The notes under the pieces are model-generated. The model saw only the letters and a program-made list of their open reading frames with translations. It was not told where the DNA came from and did not search any database. This document shows, in pieces, positions 37,270-46,570 of a stretch of 51,401 nucleotides of DNA (within the stretch, counting starts at the first letter, position 1; each line of letters starts with the position of its first letter). Both the position numbers and the translations under genes were made by a program. Source of the DNA: a virus (Duplodnaviria; Caudoviricetes); the IMG/VR virus record IMGVR_UViG_3300023297_000013, positions 1 through 51,401 of that record; one strand, 5' to 3'.

Positions 37270-38183
37270 AGAATTAGTTTACTCCTATCTAAAACAAGAT
37301 TAGTTCTAACAAGTTCATTAGGAATTTGTTGTTCCCAAAAAATTTTATTGGAGAGGTAACCAGCATGCTTTGGTTTAAAGTCTTTTGCCCTATTCAACAT
37401 CCCGTCAATAAGATCTATAAGAACAAGACAATCAATTTTATTTTTCTCACCAAAAGAGAAAAGCTTTTTACTACATAAAACAAATTGATTAATATCGCCA
37501 GTATTTATTTTATCATATTTTATAAATTCCTTCCAAATAGCCTTAATCCTTTTTGTAATATCTGGATATTTATCTTTTATCTTTATCGTGTATTTTTCAG
37601 AAAGATAACTTTCTCCACGTAAACATTCTTGAAACCAAGACACGGGAATTCCAGAATCATTTTTATTAAAAAAACTCATTTTATTTTTATCGTATCTAAA
37701 AAAATCTGGAAGACTTATTTTTCTTTTAGAAAAAAGGATTCTGTATTTGAACCAATCAGCATTAAATACTTTTGATAAAAGATCAATGCTAAAAAGTATT
37801 TTTTCTTTTCCGTATTTTTTAAAATTTTTATTTATTCTTTCTAAAGCAATTGATGTGGTTTTATTTAATTCTGGTCTATGATGAATAAACGGATGTCCAA
37901 TATTGTTCCAGTAATAAAAAATTATCCTCGCAGAAGAAGTTTCAAAGTTAATTGGTTTAGAAGTATTTTTCCTTAATCCGGAAGTAGGAAAATAATTATT
38001 TTTTGAATGAAACATATTTGTATAAGAAATATTCTTTTCCCATTTTCCCATTTTCCCATTTTTGAATTTAAAAGGTTTTACTGTTATTCTTCTTGATAAT
38101 TTTCCACTGCCAATTAATGGTTCTTTTAATAAAACATTTAATGGTGGAATTACTCTAAGTTTTAAATCATTTTGTTTTTTCAT
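37266..38183 (-). CDS. hypothetical protein coupled to the helicase (possible initiator/loader)
   Basis: 305-aa ORF, ATGA overlap with helicase; function inferred from position only. Confidence 0.6.
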   Translation of the reverse strand: MKKQNDLKLRVIPPLNVLLKEPLIGSGKLSRRITVKPFKFKNGKMGKWEKNISYTNMFHSKNNYFPTSGLRKNTSKPINFETSSARIIFYYWNNIGHPFIHHRPELNKTTSIALERINKNFKKYGKEKILFSIDLLSKVFNADWFKYRILFSKRKISLPDFFRYDKNKMSFFNKNDSGIPVSWFQECLRGESYLSEKYTIKIKDKYPDITKRIKAIWKEFIKYDKINTGDINQFVLCSKKLFSFGEKNKIDCLVLIDLIDGMLNRAKDFKPKHAGYLSNKIFWEQQIPNELVRTNLVLDRSKLIL

Positions 38184-38240
38184 AATTTATTTTTCCTTCT
38201 TTTATTTACTCCTTTATTCAAACAAATAAAAAATTAGAAA

Positions 38241-38381
38241 CACGATTTGGAGCGAAAGCGAAAATCGTGGAACCACGGAGCGAAGCGAGTGGTTCTTTTA
38301 ATATATTAGTATATAGTAATTATATTATTATTATTTAATATAAAAAAATAAAATAAGCGTAGCTTATTTATTTATTTTTTA
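38241..38381. other. candidate replication origin: three hairpins and an AT-rich tract
   Basis: Inverted repeats at 38241-38269, 38270-38295 and 38351-38369 capped by GCGAAAGC, GCGAAGC and GCGTAGC; A/T-rich run between them. Confidence 0.45.
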
Positions 38382-38535
38382 CGAGCGGGCGCAGGTATAT
38401 AGGGACAAGCATGGAGGTTTTTTCGTGACCGAGCTTTTGAATGTCCTCTTCAACTAATTGGATTCTTTATAAATAAAGATGTTCTTCCTCTCAATGCCAT
38501 TTTTATTTGTATATTCCCTCGTTCGCATTTTTATT

Positions 38536-38763
38536 TTATTTTTTTAATTCGTTTTGACTTTCTTTTTTAAAAATCTCTCTATCAAAACCCGTTTTCTTTT
38601 TTTCAATCGCAGTTTTTATTTGATGCTCATAGAAAAATTGGTCTTTCTCCAGATAGTTTATTTTCTCTTGTAATCTATTCCGTTCTTTTTTTAAATATTC
38701 TGTGTAATTAATTTAATTTCTTAAGCATCGTTTATGCCGGTCTATATCCATCTTTGTTTTCAT
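38536..38763 (-). pseudogene. small coiled-coil gene with in-frame TAA (38713-38715)
   Basis: AAGGAG RBS; MKTKMDIDRHKRCLRN*INYTEYLKKERNRLQEK...GFDREIF. Confidence 0.55.
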
Positions 38764-38967
38764 TTACTTCTCCTTTCTTTTCTACTTCTTTTCTACTTCT
38801 TTTACTTTTGTTTTACGATAGCTTGTTTTTAAGGTTTAGATTTAACTTATAAACATATATCAGGCTTCCGCATTGACTGAAATAACCTTACTTCTACTTT
38901 TTTTAATATATATCCTTAACCTAAATTTTTAATGCCGCTTAAAAGGTCAATAAGAAGTTTCGTTTTT

Positions 38968-39873
38968 TTATTTTATCCCCAATTTGTATTTTATTATTTC
39001 TGCTTCTTCTAACGAAAGTTCTCCTGGATCATTTACTTCTGTCAAACTTATTATTTCTATTTTCTTTACAATAGGCAATAACATAGATGAAATTTTTTCT
39101 GCACCCCGTTCTCCTGTCAAATCATTATCAAATAAAATAAATAAATTTCTAATACGTTTATTTTTTAAAGCGATGATTTGTTTTGAAGTACAAGAAACTC
39201 CAAACAAAGAACAAGAACCTACACCAAACTTCCAGACATCAAGCGGTCCTTCTACTAAGATAATATCTGAGTTAGGAATTATTTTATCATAATTATAAAC
39301 AGCATGCTTTATATTCATTCCTTCAATAAGAGAATTACTCAAGTACTTTGGGTCTTGAAGATCTGTTATATCTCGTGTACTAAACGATACCAATTTTCTA
39401 TTCATATAAACCGGAATCACAATCCTAAATTTATAATCTCCTATTTCATGAACCGCCCGTAATTTATATTTTTCAATAAAAGATTCTGGTGGAGTAAATC
39501 CCCTTTTCTTTAAATAGGCAATATGCTTTTTAGAAAATGATGTTGTAGACTCCAGAGGAAGAGTGGCTCTTAAGTTAAGTATTGGTGAAGTACTCTGTTC
39601 TAAAGGAGGATTGCTACCTTCCTCTGGAGATAATGCCTTTTTTATATTGTTCGTTTCGTAGTTATTAAGGCCAGTCAATTCTTTTATCAAATCAAATAAA
39701 TTATGGTGCCCGCATCTCCAACAAGAAACATAAAGGTCTTTTAATCTTATTCCCATATGGTTGCTTGTATCATCACAAAAAGGACATTGGATATTTATCC
39801 AGCCCCGTCCAACATTCTTTCCGTCTTCCCAGTATCTAATATCGTGGTCGTCAAAGAATTCTTTTATTTCCAT
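38968..39873 (-). CDS. DNA primase (zinc finger + TOPRIM)
   Basis: CPFC...CWRC, RIVIP, PKY, LVEGPLD, FDNDLTG, DPGE. Confidence 0.9.
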   Translation of the reverse strand: MEIKEFFDDHDIRYWEDGKNVGRGWINIQCPFCDDTSNHMGIRLKDLYVSCWRCGHHNLFDLIKELTGLNNYETNNIKKALSPEEGSNPPLEQSTSPILNLRATLPLESTTSFSKKHIAYLKKRGFTPPESFIEKYKLRAVHEIGDYKFRIVIPVYMNRKLVSFSTRDITDLQDPKYLSNSLIEGMNIKHAVYNYDKIIPNSDIILVEGPLDVWKFGVGSCSLFGVSCTSKQIIALKNKRIRNLFILFDNDLTGERGAEKISSMLLPIVKKIEIISLTEVNDPGELSLEEAEIIKYKLGIK

Positions 39874-39900
39874 TTTATATCCAGCCTTTATATCCAGCCT

Positions 39901-41316
39901 TTATATCCAGCCTTGGTTTATATAAACTTGTATTCGTTCAATAGCATGCTCGGCAAGGTAAGGATAAGGGTCTAACATATCAACTAATTTTACGGTGGTT
40001 TTATTTTCTGTTATACGAAGCCCTCTACCAATAGATTGTATAACTCCTTTTTCTTCTTTTCCCCCACAAGCATTTATGATTTTATTTAGAGAAGGAATGT
40101 TTGTTCCCTCTTTCCATATACGAGAACAGATTGCAACTCTTAATTTTCCAGACTTCAACCTTTCTTTTATCTTTGTTCTAACTTCTTTATCCGTAGCACC
40201 ATAAACAAAACGAACCTTTATATGTTTATATTTTAACATTTTTTTTAGAATACGTCCATGCTCTGTTCTTTCTATTATGATTAGTACTATCTCTTTTTTC
40301 TTTAGACTCTCTTGTACTTCATTAACGATAAGCGAATTGCGAGCTTCGTTTTCTATGACCCCATACTGATAGTAATTCACATATTTATTTTTACATTCGA
40401 TTTTTATCTTTGGATCAAAAGGTACAGGTACTAATTTAATTTCGGGCTTTGCTACTATTTTTTTCTTGATCCCTTCCTGTATCGTTAATTCAGAAATGAC
40501 CGGACCAAGCAATCCTTCATTAATAAGTTTTTCTTTCTGCCCTGTTGATTCGGTAGCGGTAAGCCCGTATCTTCGAGGAGCGAGATTAGAAGACATGGCC
40601 TTACCATATTGGCTATCAAGAGAATTGAGATGATGCTCTTCGTCTATAATAACCAAATCAAAAAAGGCACTATATTTTTTTGATGGGATATTAGAAAAGC
40701 TTTGTATAGTACTCAGCACAATTACTTCTTTTAAATTACAGAACTTCTCCCACTTGGTTTTGTACCCAGCCCCGATAATATAAAAATTAGAATCAAATCT
40801 CTTTTCGATTTCTATCTTTGTTTGGCTTATTAAATCTGTAGTATGACACAAAAATAATATTCTATAATTAAGAAACATAGACATTATCCCCAATGCAATA
40901 ATTGTCTTTCCACTTCCGGTTGGAAAAACAATTTTCCCCCGAGGAGTTATTCTGGCTTTCCTTAATGCCTTGCTCTGGTCAGGGCGAAAGACTATCCCAG
41001 GAACATGAGCTTTTTTATTTGGAATAATCTTTTCTTCCTGACCAACAATACTTATTTTATCTCCTAACTCTTTTTTAATTCTTGGAAGTAATCCAGTTAA
41101 GAAAGTTCCTGCAGTTCCTTGTCTACCAGTAATAAGATGCGAAGAAACTATTTTAGGACTTCTTCCTCCATAACGAGTTTTCTTCCACATAGTCGATTCG
41201 TACTTTAAAATTGGAAGTAATAATTCTCGAGCTTTCAAATCTGCTTTACAATGAACTACGTCAAGAATTTCTATTGTTGGTTTAGTTTCCATTTTATCCC
41301 TTCTATAATCCATCAA
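39901..41316 (-). CDS. superfamily 2 helicase (UvsW-like); start probably METKPT
   Basis: PTGSGKT, IIDEEHH, GLTAT, EGTNIP, QSIGRGLR. Confidence 0.9.
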   Translation of the reverse strand: MMDYRRDKMETKPTIEILDVVHCKADLKARELLLPILKYESTMWKKTRYGGRSPKIVSSHLITGRQGTAGTFLTGLLPRIKKELGDKISIVGQEEKIIPNKKAHVPGIVFRPDQSKALRKARITPRGKIVFPTGSGKTIIALGIMSMFLNYRILFLCHTTDLISQTKIEIEKRFDSNFYIIGAGYKTKWEKFCNLKEVIVLSTIQSFSNIPSKKYSAFFDLVIIDEEHHLNSLDSQYGKAMSSNLAPRRYGLTATESTGQKEKLINEGLLGPVISELTIQEGIKKKIVAKPEIKLVPVPFDPKIKIECKNKYVNYYQYGVIENEARNSLIVNEVQESLKKKEIVLIIIERTEHGRILKKMLKYKHIKVRFVYGATDKEVRTKIKERLKSGKLRVAICSRIWKEGTNIPSLNKIINACGGKEEKGVIQSIGRGLRITENKTTVKLVDMLDPYPYLAEHAIERIQVYINQGWI

Positions 41317-41671
41317 CCCATCCCGATATTTCTTTAATCGTTAAGTCTGTAATGAATGTACTTTTCCAGACATTATAAAAATATTTTCTGACATTTCTTT
41401 TTGTTATTCTTTTGGTTTTGGAAGTAGACATTAAATTTAATATTTCTGCAGGAGAATTAAGAATTACGGTTATCATTTCTTTTGCTTCATGACTTAAATC
41501 TCGCCATGATTCTTCCTTTAGAAGAAGGGCAACAGGGGTCAATTCATTATTATATAAAGGAGCACCATCTTCTTCTTCTTCATAGTAGTCACAGGGGTCA
41601 ACTCGAAGCCATTGACCGAACAGAATTTCATAAGCAGATAGATAATTAGCACTTACAACTTTTTTTGGCAT
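41303..41671 (-). CDS. hypothetical protein
   Basis: 122-aa ORF with GAGGAG RBS. Confidence 0.65.
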   Translation of the reverse strand: MPKKVVSANYLSAYEILFGQWLRVDPCDYYEEEEDGAPLYNNELTPVALLLKEESWRDLSHEAKEMITVILNSPAEILNLMSTSKTKRITKRNVRKYFYNVWKSTFITDLTIKEISGWVDGL

Positions 41672-41735
41672 TGTATTTTCTCCTCTTTCTTGTTTGAAGT
41701 TAACTCTACAACTTAAAGCTATTTAAGATTATTCT

Positions 41736-41945
41736 TTAAGCATCAATGACTTCGATACTCCCACAGTTTTTACATACAAGAGAACACAGAAAGTCGTTAT
41801 ATGCCGGAGTTCTACAAGCATCAATTCGTAAAATGCAATCTACAGAACCACAAGTATGGCAAGAAAGACCAATTGAAAAGTCTTTTAATTCTACTTCTTT
41901 CCTTTCCCGATTAAAGTTCATTACTTCTACTTTTTGTTGCATCAT
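41736..41945 (-). CDS. small zinc-ribbon protein
   Basis: CHTC...CKNC. Confidence 0.6.
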   Translation of the reverse strand: MMQQKVEVMNFNRERKEVELKDFSIGLSCHTCGSVDCILRIDACRTPAYNDFLCSLVCKNCGSIEVIDA

Positions 41946-41966
41946 GATAAGTTTCCTCCTTTTGTT

Positions 41967-42164
41967 TTAGCAATACCATCCTGGTGGATAATAACCATAC
42001 TCCTCTTTATACTCTTCTCTCTCTATTCTGGTTGCATTCTTCCATCTTTTAATTTGCTTCTTTCGGTAATAAGAATCCATTATAAAATTAATTCCGTAGT
42101 TGATTATAGAAGCAATTATTACTCCAATTAGAAAGGCTATTAAAATTTTGATAAAAAGAATCAT
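41967..42164 (-). CDS. small membrane protein
   Basis: N-terminal hydrophobic helix; AGGAGG RBS. Confidence 0.6.
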   Translation of the reverse strand: MILFIKILIAFLIGVIIASIINYGINFIMDSYYRKKQIKRWKNATRIEREEYKEEYGYYPPGWYC

Positions 42165-42715
42165 TTCTTATTCCTCCTTTTTAGCTTTTTTCTTTTTGGT
42201 TTTATTTTCGGCTCCTCAATTTTTTTACTTCTTCTCTTAAGCTGTTTTTTTGACTCGGGTGGTGTAGGCTTTTTACTTCTTCTCTTTATATGTTTTTCCT
42301 CTTCTACTTCTTCTACTTCTTTCTCTTTCGCAAATCCTTTAGGAATTAATATTTTTTTACAATTGAGCCAATAGGTTCTTATAATTAATTTGATATCTCT
42401 ATCAAACTGTCTACACTTAGAACACTTACTAAATCCATCGAAACTTTTTTGATTTCGTCGTCTATTTAGACAGGCGATAAAGGGCATGAAACAATTATTT
42501 TTATCACAATAAAAATTGCTTGAGGGAGAAAAATATTCACAGCTATTCGAATCGGCTGTTATGTTTTTCTTAGCAATAGGGCAAACACGAGTAATCATAC
42601 GATGTTTAGATTTCTTAGAAGAATCGCTGTCTGTATCTCTTCTTATAACGGCAGACTTAGACCAGAAAGTACAATATATACATTTGAATAAATTGTTTTT
42701 TGCTAACTTTGACAT
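42161..42715 (-). CDS. Cys-rich hypothetical protein with basic tail
   Basis: Multiple Cys clusters; GGAGG RBS. Confidence 0.7.
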   Translation of the reverse strand: MSKLAKNNLFKCIYCTFWSKSAVIRRDTDSDSSKKSKHRMITRVCPIAKKNITADSNSCEYFSPSSNFYCDKNNCFMPFIACLNRRRNQKSFDGFSKCSKCRQFDRDIKLIIRTYWLNCKKILIPKGFAKEKEVEEVEEEKHIKRRSKKPTPPESKKQLKRRSKKIEEPKIKPKRKKLKRRNKK

Positions 42716-42845
42716 TACGCCTCCTTTTTGTTACGCGATTATATCCTCTTTAAAAGATTAAAATAATAAATGATTCTTAATATATTCTTAATATAAAGTA
42801 AAGCTTTTTATTCATTGAGTCCTTGTAACGAAAGGTTCCTACAAG

Positions 42846-42890
42846 CAACTTCACCCAAACCAAGTATTTGAAGTGGTTTGGGTGAAGTTG
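42846..42890. other. perfect 17-bp hairpin closing the early region
   Basis: CAACTTCACCCAAACCA-11 nt-TGGTTTGGGTGAAGTTG. Confidence 0.8.
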
Positions 42891-42913
42891 AAGCGAATTG
42901 AAAACCTTATCCA

Positions 42914-43783
42914 TTATATATCAAGTTTTCTTTTTAACTTAAAGTCGGGGATTTTCTGAAGGCTTCCAATAATCTTTTCTAACTTATTGCCAAGCTTGTT
43001 TCGAAAGTCTTCATTCCCTTTAAGTCTTTCAGCACTTGTCCCCCTCATCTGTTTTTGTAAATCTTTCATAATAGTGTGTAACTTTTTTTCGTCTACATGA
43101 TCTTTCCACAGGCCATCCCATCTTTTTAGAAACTTGCTAATAGACCCGACCGTACCAGCATTGATTTTACCACTGTCGCATTGTCCAGCTAATTTTTCAA
43201 TTCGCTTGAACAGCATATTTCCCACGACATTGATCGTCATTTCTTCCATTTTGGAAATCATTTGCGTGAACTTTTCCTGTTCCCTTTTGTAAAGGGCAGG
43301 CGAAAGGGTCTTGGCTTCTTTAGACGGAGCGGCAAAATGTAAAAAGTTCCAGAAAAAATAAAACTTGTTTTTGATTCCTGGAATTGATGGATAATTCTTT
43401 TTGTCATAAAATTCAGGATACTGCTCCTGAAAATTACTTTCCATTTCTTTTATATTGTCGCACAAAATCTTCACTCTGTTTTTGTACTCCTCTCGAAACT
43501 CGTTGAGTTTTTTATCGACTTCAACAATTTTCTCTTTTGGAATCCAGAAAACATTATCAATTGGAAAAGGTAAAGAATTCCGAAGAAGCAAGCCTTTAGC
43601 CGACCTACGAATCGTACTCAAATCTTTAAGGTAAGTTCTGTCACTAATAATATCTTGTCTTGCTCGAACTATTTCGCGTGGTATTCTTTTACCAAAATGT
43701 TTACTTGGCATCTTAATAATAGCATCCCAACGACCCATTTTCAAACTACAAAAAACACCTTCTTTTAATTGATTCTCTTTCAT
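42914..43783 (-). CDS. DUF3150-like protein
   Basis: GVFCSLKMGRW, SLPFP...FWIP, YPS...KF pattern; association with AAA ATPase. Confidence 0.6.
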   Translation of the reverse strand: MKENQLKEGVFCSLKMGRWDAIIKMPSKHFGKRIPREIVRARQDIISDRTYLKDLSTIRRSAKGLLLRNSLPFPIDNVFWIPKEKIVEVDKKLNEFREEYKNRVKILCDNIKEMESNFQEQYPEFYDKKNYPSIPGIKNKFYFFWNFLHFAAPSKEAKTLSPALYKREQEKFTQMISKMEEMTINVVGNMLFKRIEKLAGQCDSGKINAGTVGSISKFLKRWDGLWKDHVDEKKLHTIMKDLQKQMRGTSAERLKGNEDFRNKLGNKLEKIIGSLQKIPDFKLKRKLDI

Positions 43784-43817
43784 AATAATCCCCCTTTTAT
43801 TTATTTATTTTGGTTTA

Positions 43818-43874
43818 CCTCATCAGTACATAAGTTACCATCTTATGCAGACTCGGGCTACGCCCGAGTTTCGG
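43818..43874 (-). ncRNA. type II hammerhead ribozyme, copy 1
   Basis: CC-GAAA-CTCGGGC(GTA)GCCCGAG-TC/TGCATAAG(ATGGTAA)CTTATGTA-CTGATGA-GG; predicted cleavage between 43850 and 43849. Confidence 0.93.
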
Positions 43875-43977
43875 ATATCCTCTTTTAATAAAGAATTAAA
43901 AAAAGAAATAAAACGATTAAAATAAGAATCGAAGAATATTTACATAATTCTTTAAGCATTTGTTTTAGCATTGTTCC

Positions 43978-44184
43978 TTACCTCTCATCTTTTGTAATTT
44001 TATAATTATCTTTATCTCCATTAAAATAATATCGAACTTTACTTTCAGATACCCTTAATGTTCTTGCTAATTGGACAATGAATTGTCTGTGAGCAATTAC
44101 TGAATTTTTTGCAGAAGTCCAAATTTTATGAACTTCTCCATACCAATTGAATTGACCAAAATAAAGACATTTAAACTCTTTCAT
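43978..44184 (-). CDS. hypothetical protein
   Basis: 68-aa ORF with GAGG RBS. Confidence 0.7.
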   Translation of the reverse strand: MKEFKCLYFGQFNWYGEVHKIWTSAKNSVIAHRQFIVQLARTLRVSESKVRYYFNGDKDNYKITKDER

Positions 44185-44195
44185 TTTATTTCCTC

Positions 44196-44396
44196 TTAAG
44201 TAACATTAACATATTCCATTGTTACGCCAAGCAGGTGGTCATAATCTCCGTCCATTGCCTCTTTTAAATACTGGTCAATATATTCCTTATCAGCACCAGC
44301 GTCTTTTAAGACTTTAGTAACAACTCCCATAATTGCAAAGACATTGCTGCTTTCCCCAACAAGTTTTACTGTCGGAGTTTCTTTCGGTTTTTCCAT
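44196..44396 (-). CDS. conserved small phage hypothetical protein
   Basis: VKLVGESSNVFAIMG...GDYDHLL motif; GGGGGA RBS after ribozyme 2. Confidence 0.75.
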   Translation of the reverse strand: MEKPKETPTVKLVGESSNVFAIMGVVTKVLKDAGADKEYIDQYLKEAMDGDYDHLLGVTMEYVNVT

Positions 44397-44420
44397 AATA
44401 TCCCCCTTATTAATTGTTTA

Positions 44421-44477
44421 CCTCATCGGTACATAAGGAACAACCTTATGCAGACTCGGGCTACGCCCGAGTTTCGG
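44421..44477 (-). ncRNA. type II hammerhead ribozyme, copy 2 (variant loop I; core CCGATGA)
   Basis: Stem I TGCATAAGG(TTGTT)CCTTATGTA; U4C change in the core. Confidence 0.8.
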
Positions 44478-44489
44478 TTAAGATTAAAA

Positions 44490-45899
44490 TTAAATATCTA
44501 ATTGCCTTTTGCCATTATTAAACTGGATTTCCTCAGCAGGGATTGTTCGGCCTTTTGCCCAATCCCGCAACCCGTTAATATTCTCAGCCATTGTTTTGGC
44601 CTGAGGTATAATACATTTAACAGCTTCTTCAAAACCAATTCCCCTCATATCAGCGATATGAACTAATGCTTCAACTTCTGCCCCTGAAAAATCCTTCATT
44701 AAATCCCTTCTCCATCTTTTTGGAAGACTTAATCCGGCCTTCTTAGCATAATATTTTAAAATCTCATCTTTAACATTATCTGTCGGCAAATCAATAAAAA
44801 ATGGAGATGTATCCCAACGACCTGGTCTGATATATTCTCCAGGAATACCAGAAAAGGAATTTGCTGTTCCAACAATATAAACCCCTTTTGGACGATCTTG
44901 AAGAAAGTCAAGCCAACGGCCTGTCGCTCTTCGTGTAGTTCCACTATCCAATGAACCGTCTGACCCCGAACCAGCAAATTGTTTCTCAAATTCATCGATA
45001 AGAACAAGGCAATCACCGATTGCCGTAATAAGATTAATTACAGTATCTATATTACTGTCCGTTTCTCCTTGATACTTACTAAACAATTTTCCCATATTGA
45101 TAGATAATCCAAACTTTCCTGTTTCGCCGACAACTGCTTTCATAAGAGCAGTCTTGCCGCATCCTGGAGGACCAATCGTCATAATTCCTTTTGACTTTGG
45201 ATTATTAATTGTTCCCATAATAAACTTCTTAATATTCTTGTACCCGATTATATTTGAAAAATTTGTGGTCGGTTCCAAGACATCAAGAAAACCAGTCTTG
45301 CGAATTGTAATAGCCTTGTAATCATTAATAGTTTTTCTTGAAAATGATTTGCCTTCTGTTTCTACAAAAGACAAGGCCAAGATTTGTTCCAGTTCCACTC
45401 TTGTAAACCCCTTACATGACGATATTAAACGAGTAAGACTGTCACCCTTAGGAATTACCTTTGAATTTGGAGCGACATGGTTAATGGCGTCTGATATCTC
45501 TACTTCATTTGGCAATGGCAAATTAAGCAACAAAAAATCTTTCTGTAATTCCAACGGAATCTTTTCCACTGGAGAAACACAAATAATTGCCTTTCCTGCG
45601 CTTGCCCATGAAGCAAGGTTATCTTGTATAGTTTGAATTATCTGTGGTTTATCCGCATACCAATGAAAGTTATAAGCAAACAAAAGAGTAAAATCTTCTG
45701 CATTATTAAACTGCTCTAAGGTCTTCATTGGGTTCGGTTCAGCAGTACATGTCCACTCCATAATTTCATACTTTCCCCCATCCTTTCTTTCAAAAGAACG
45801 GAGCATTTCATAGACATTTTTTCGTACTCTATTTGGTTCAGAAGTTTTTAACCAAAAGGCTGGAAATCCTGCACGCAAATAATTTATAATCTTCTTCAT
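44490..45899 (-). CDS. AAA+ ATPase, Ycf46-like
   Basis: IPLEL, GPPGCGKT, LIDEFEK, VGTAN, RPGRWD, FSGAEVE, LRDWA motifs. Confidence 0.85.
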   Translation of the reverse strand: MKKIINYLRAGFPAFWLKTSEPNRVRKNVYEMLRSFERKDGGKYEIMEWTCTAEPNPMKTLEQFNNAEDFTLLFAYNFHWYADKPQIIQTIQDNLASWASAGKAIICVSPVEKIPLELQKDFLLLNLPLPNEVEISDAINHVAPNSKVIPKGDSLTRLISSCKGFTRVELEQILALSFVETEGKSFSRKTINDYKAITIRKTGFLDVLEPTTNFSNIIGYKNIKKFIMGTINNPKSKGIMTIGPPGCGKTALMKAVVGETGKFGLSINMGKLFSKYQGETDSNIDTVINLITAIGDCLVLIDEFEKQFAGSGSDGSLDSGTTRRATGRWLDFLQDRPKGVYIVGTANSFSGIPGEYIRPGRWDTSPFFIDLPTDNVKDEILKYYAKKAGLSLPKRWRRDLMKDFSGAEVEALVHIADMRGIGFEEAVKCIIPQAKTMAENINGLRDWAKGRTIPAEEIQFNNGKRQLDI

Positions 45900-45933
45900 A
45901 ATAATCCCCCTTTTATTTATTTATTTTGGTTTA

Positions 45934-45990
45934 CCTCATCAGTACATAAGTTACCATCTTATGCAGACTCGGGCTACGCCCGAGTTTCGG
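45934..45990 (-). ncRNA. type II hammerhead ribozyme, copy 3
   Basis: Identical 57-nt core to copy 1. Confidence 0.93.
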
Positions 45991-45991
45991 A

Positions 45992-46141
45992 TTAAAGCTT
46001 TCTTATAATCACTTCCGATTCACAGTCTATCCAAAAAGAAACAAGTGCCTTTTTTGATTCGTGTTTGACCTTTTCAATTACAATTTCAACTTCATTTGTT
46101 TTTTTGTGAACTACTGCTGCTATGATTCTAATTTCTACCAT
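45992..46141 (-). CDS. 49-aa hypothetical protein (below ORF-track cutoff)
   Basis: MVEIRIIAAVVHKK...IIRKL*, AAGGA RBS, stop 1 nt before ribozyme 3. Confidence 0.55.
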   Translation of the reverse strand: MVEIRIIAAVVHKKTNEVEIVIEKVKHESKKALVSFWIDCESEVIIRKL

Positions 46142-46169
46142 AATACTTGTCCTTTCTACTCTTTAAAAT

Positions 46170-46559
46170 TTAACATACAAGAGTAATTTTTACTGCCCCT
46201 GTTTCTTTTATATTTTCAGAAAAGGAATTTTTTACAATATCCATTGGTACGTTTTGAAAAATAAGTTTAGTGCTATATTCTTGCAAAACTTCACCAAGCT
46301 TTTTCATCGTATGAGGCTGAGAACCAAAATGGTCATAAGAAATTTGACCTTCTTTATTAATAGCAATTGGATATCTCCAGCCATCAAGAGAAATAGAAGC
46401 AACAGCCTGAACAGTATTGGAACCAAAGAATTTAACTGTTTGCTCACTCTGCTCATTTAACCTATTCAAAAAATTAACCTTGTGCCCTTTATTTAGAGCA
46501 ACATTACAAAACAAATTGACATCTTTTACTTTAATAGCATATGTTGATGTATGGCTCAT
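46170..46559 (-). CDS. DUF1257 / Ycf35-like protein
   Basis: MSHTST...IKVKD start, GWRYPI, located between DUF2997 and Ycf46-like ATPase. Confidence 0.75.
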   Translation of the reverse strand: MSHTSTYAIKVKDVNLFCNVALNKGHKVNFLNRLNEQSEQTVKFFGSNTVQAVASISLDGWRYPIAINKEGQISYDHFGSQPHTMKKLGEVLQEYSTKLIFQNVPMDIVKNSFSENIKETGAVKITLVC

Positions 46560-46570
46560 GGCAATCCCCT

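Noticed and set aside
5770-38763. Stop-codon reassignment explaining the in-frame stops
   Set aside because: The interruptions use different codons (TAG, TAA, a frameshift), and TAA, TAG and TGA all end long conserved genes at their expected C-termini
41303-41671. Phage sigma factor
   Set aside because: There is only a faint region-4-like LSHEAKE segment; the protein is too short and has no region 2 motif
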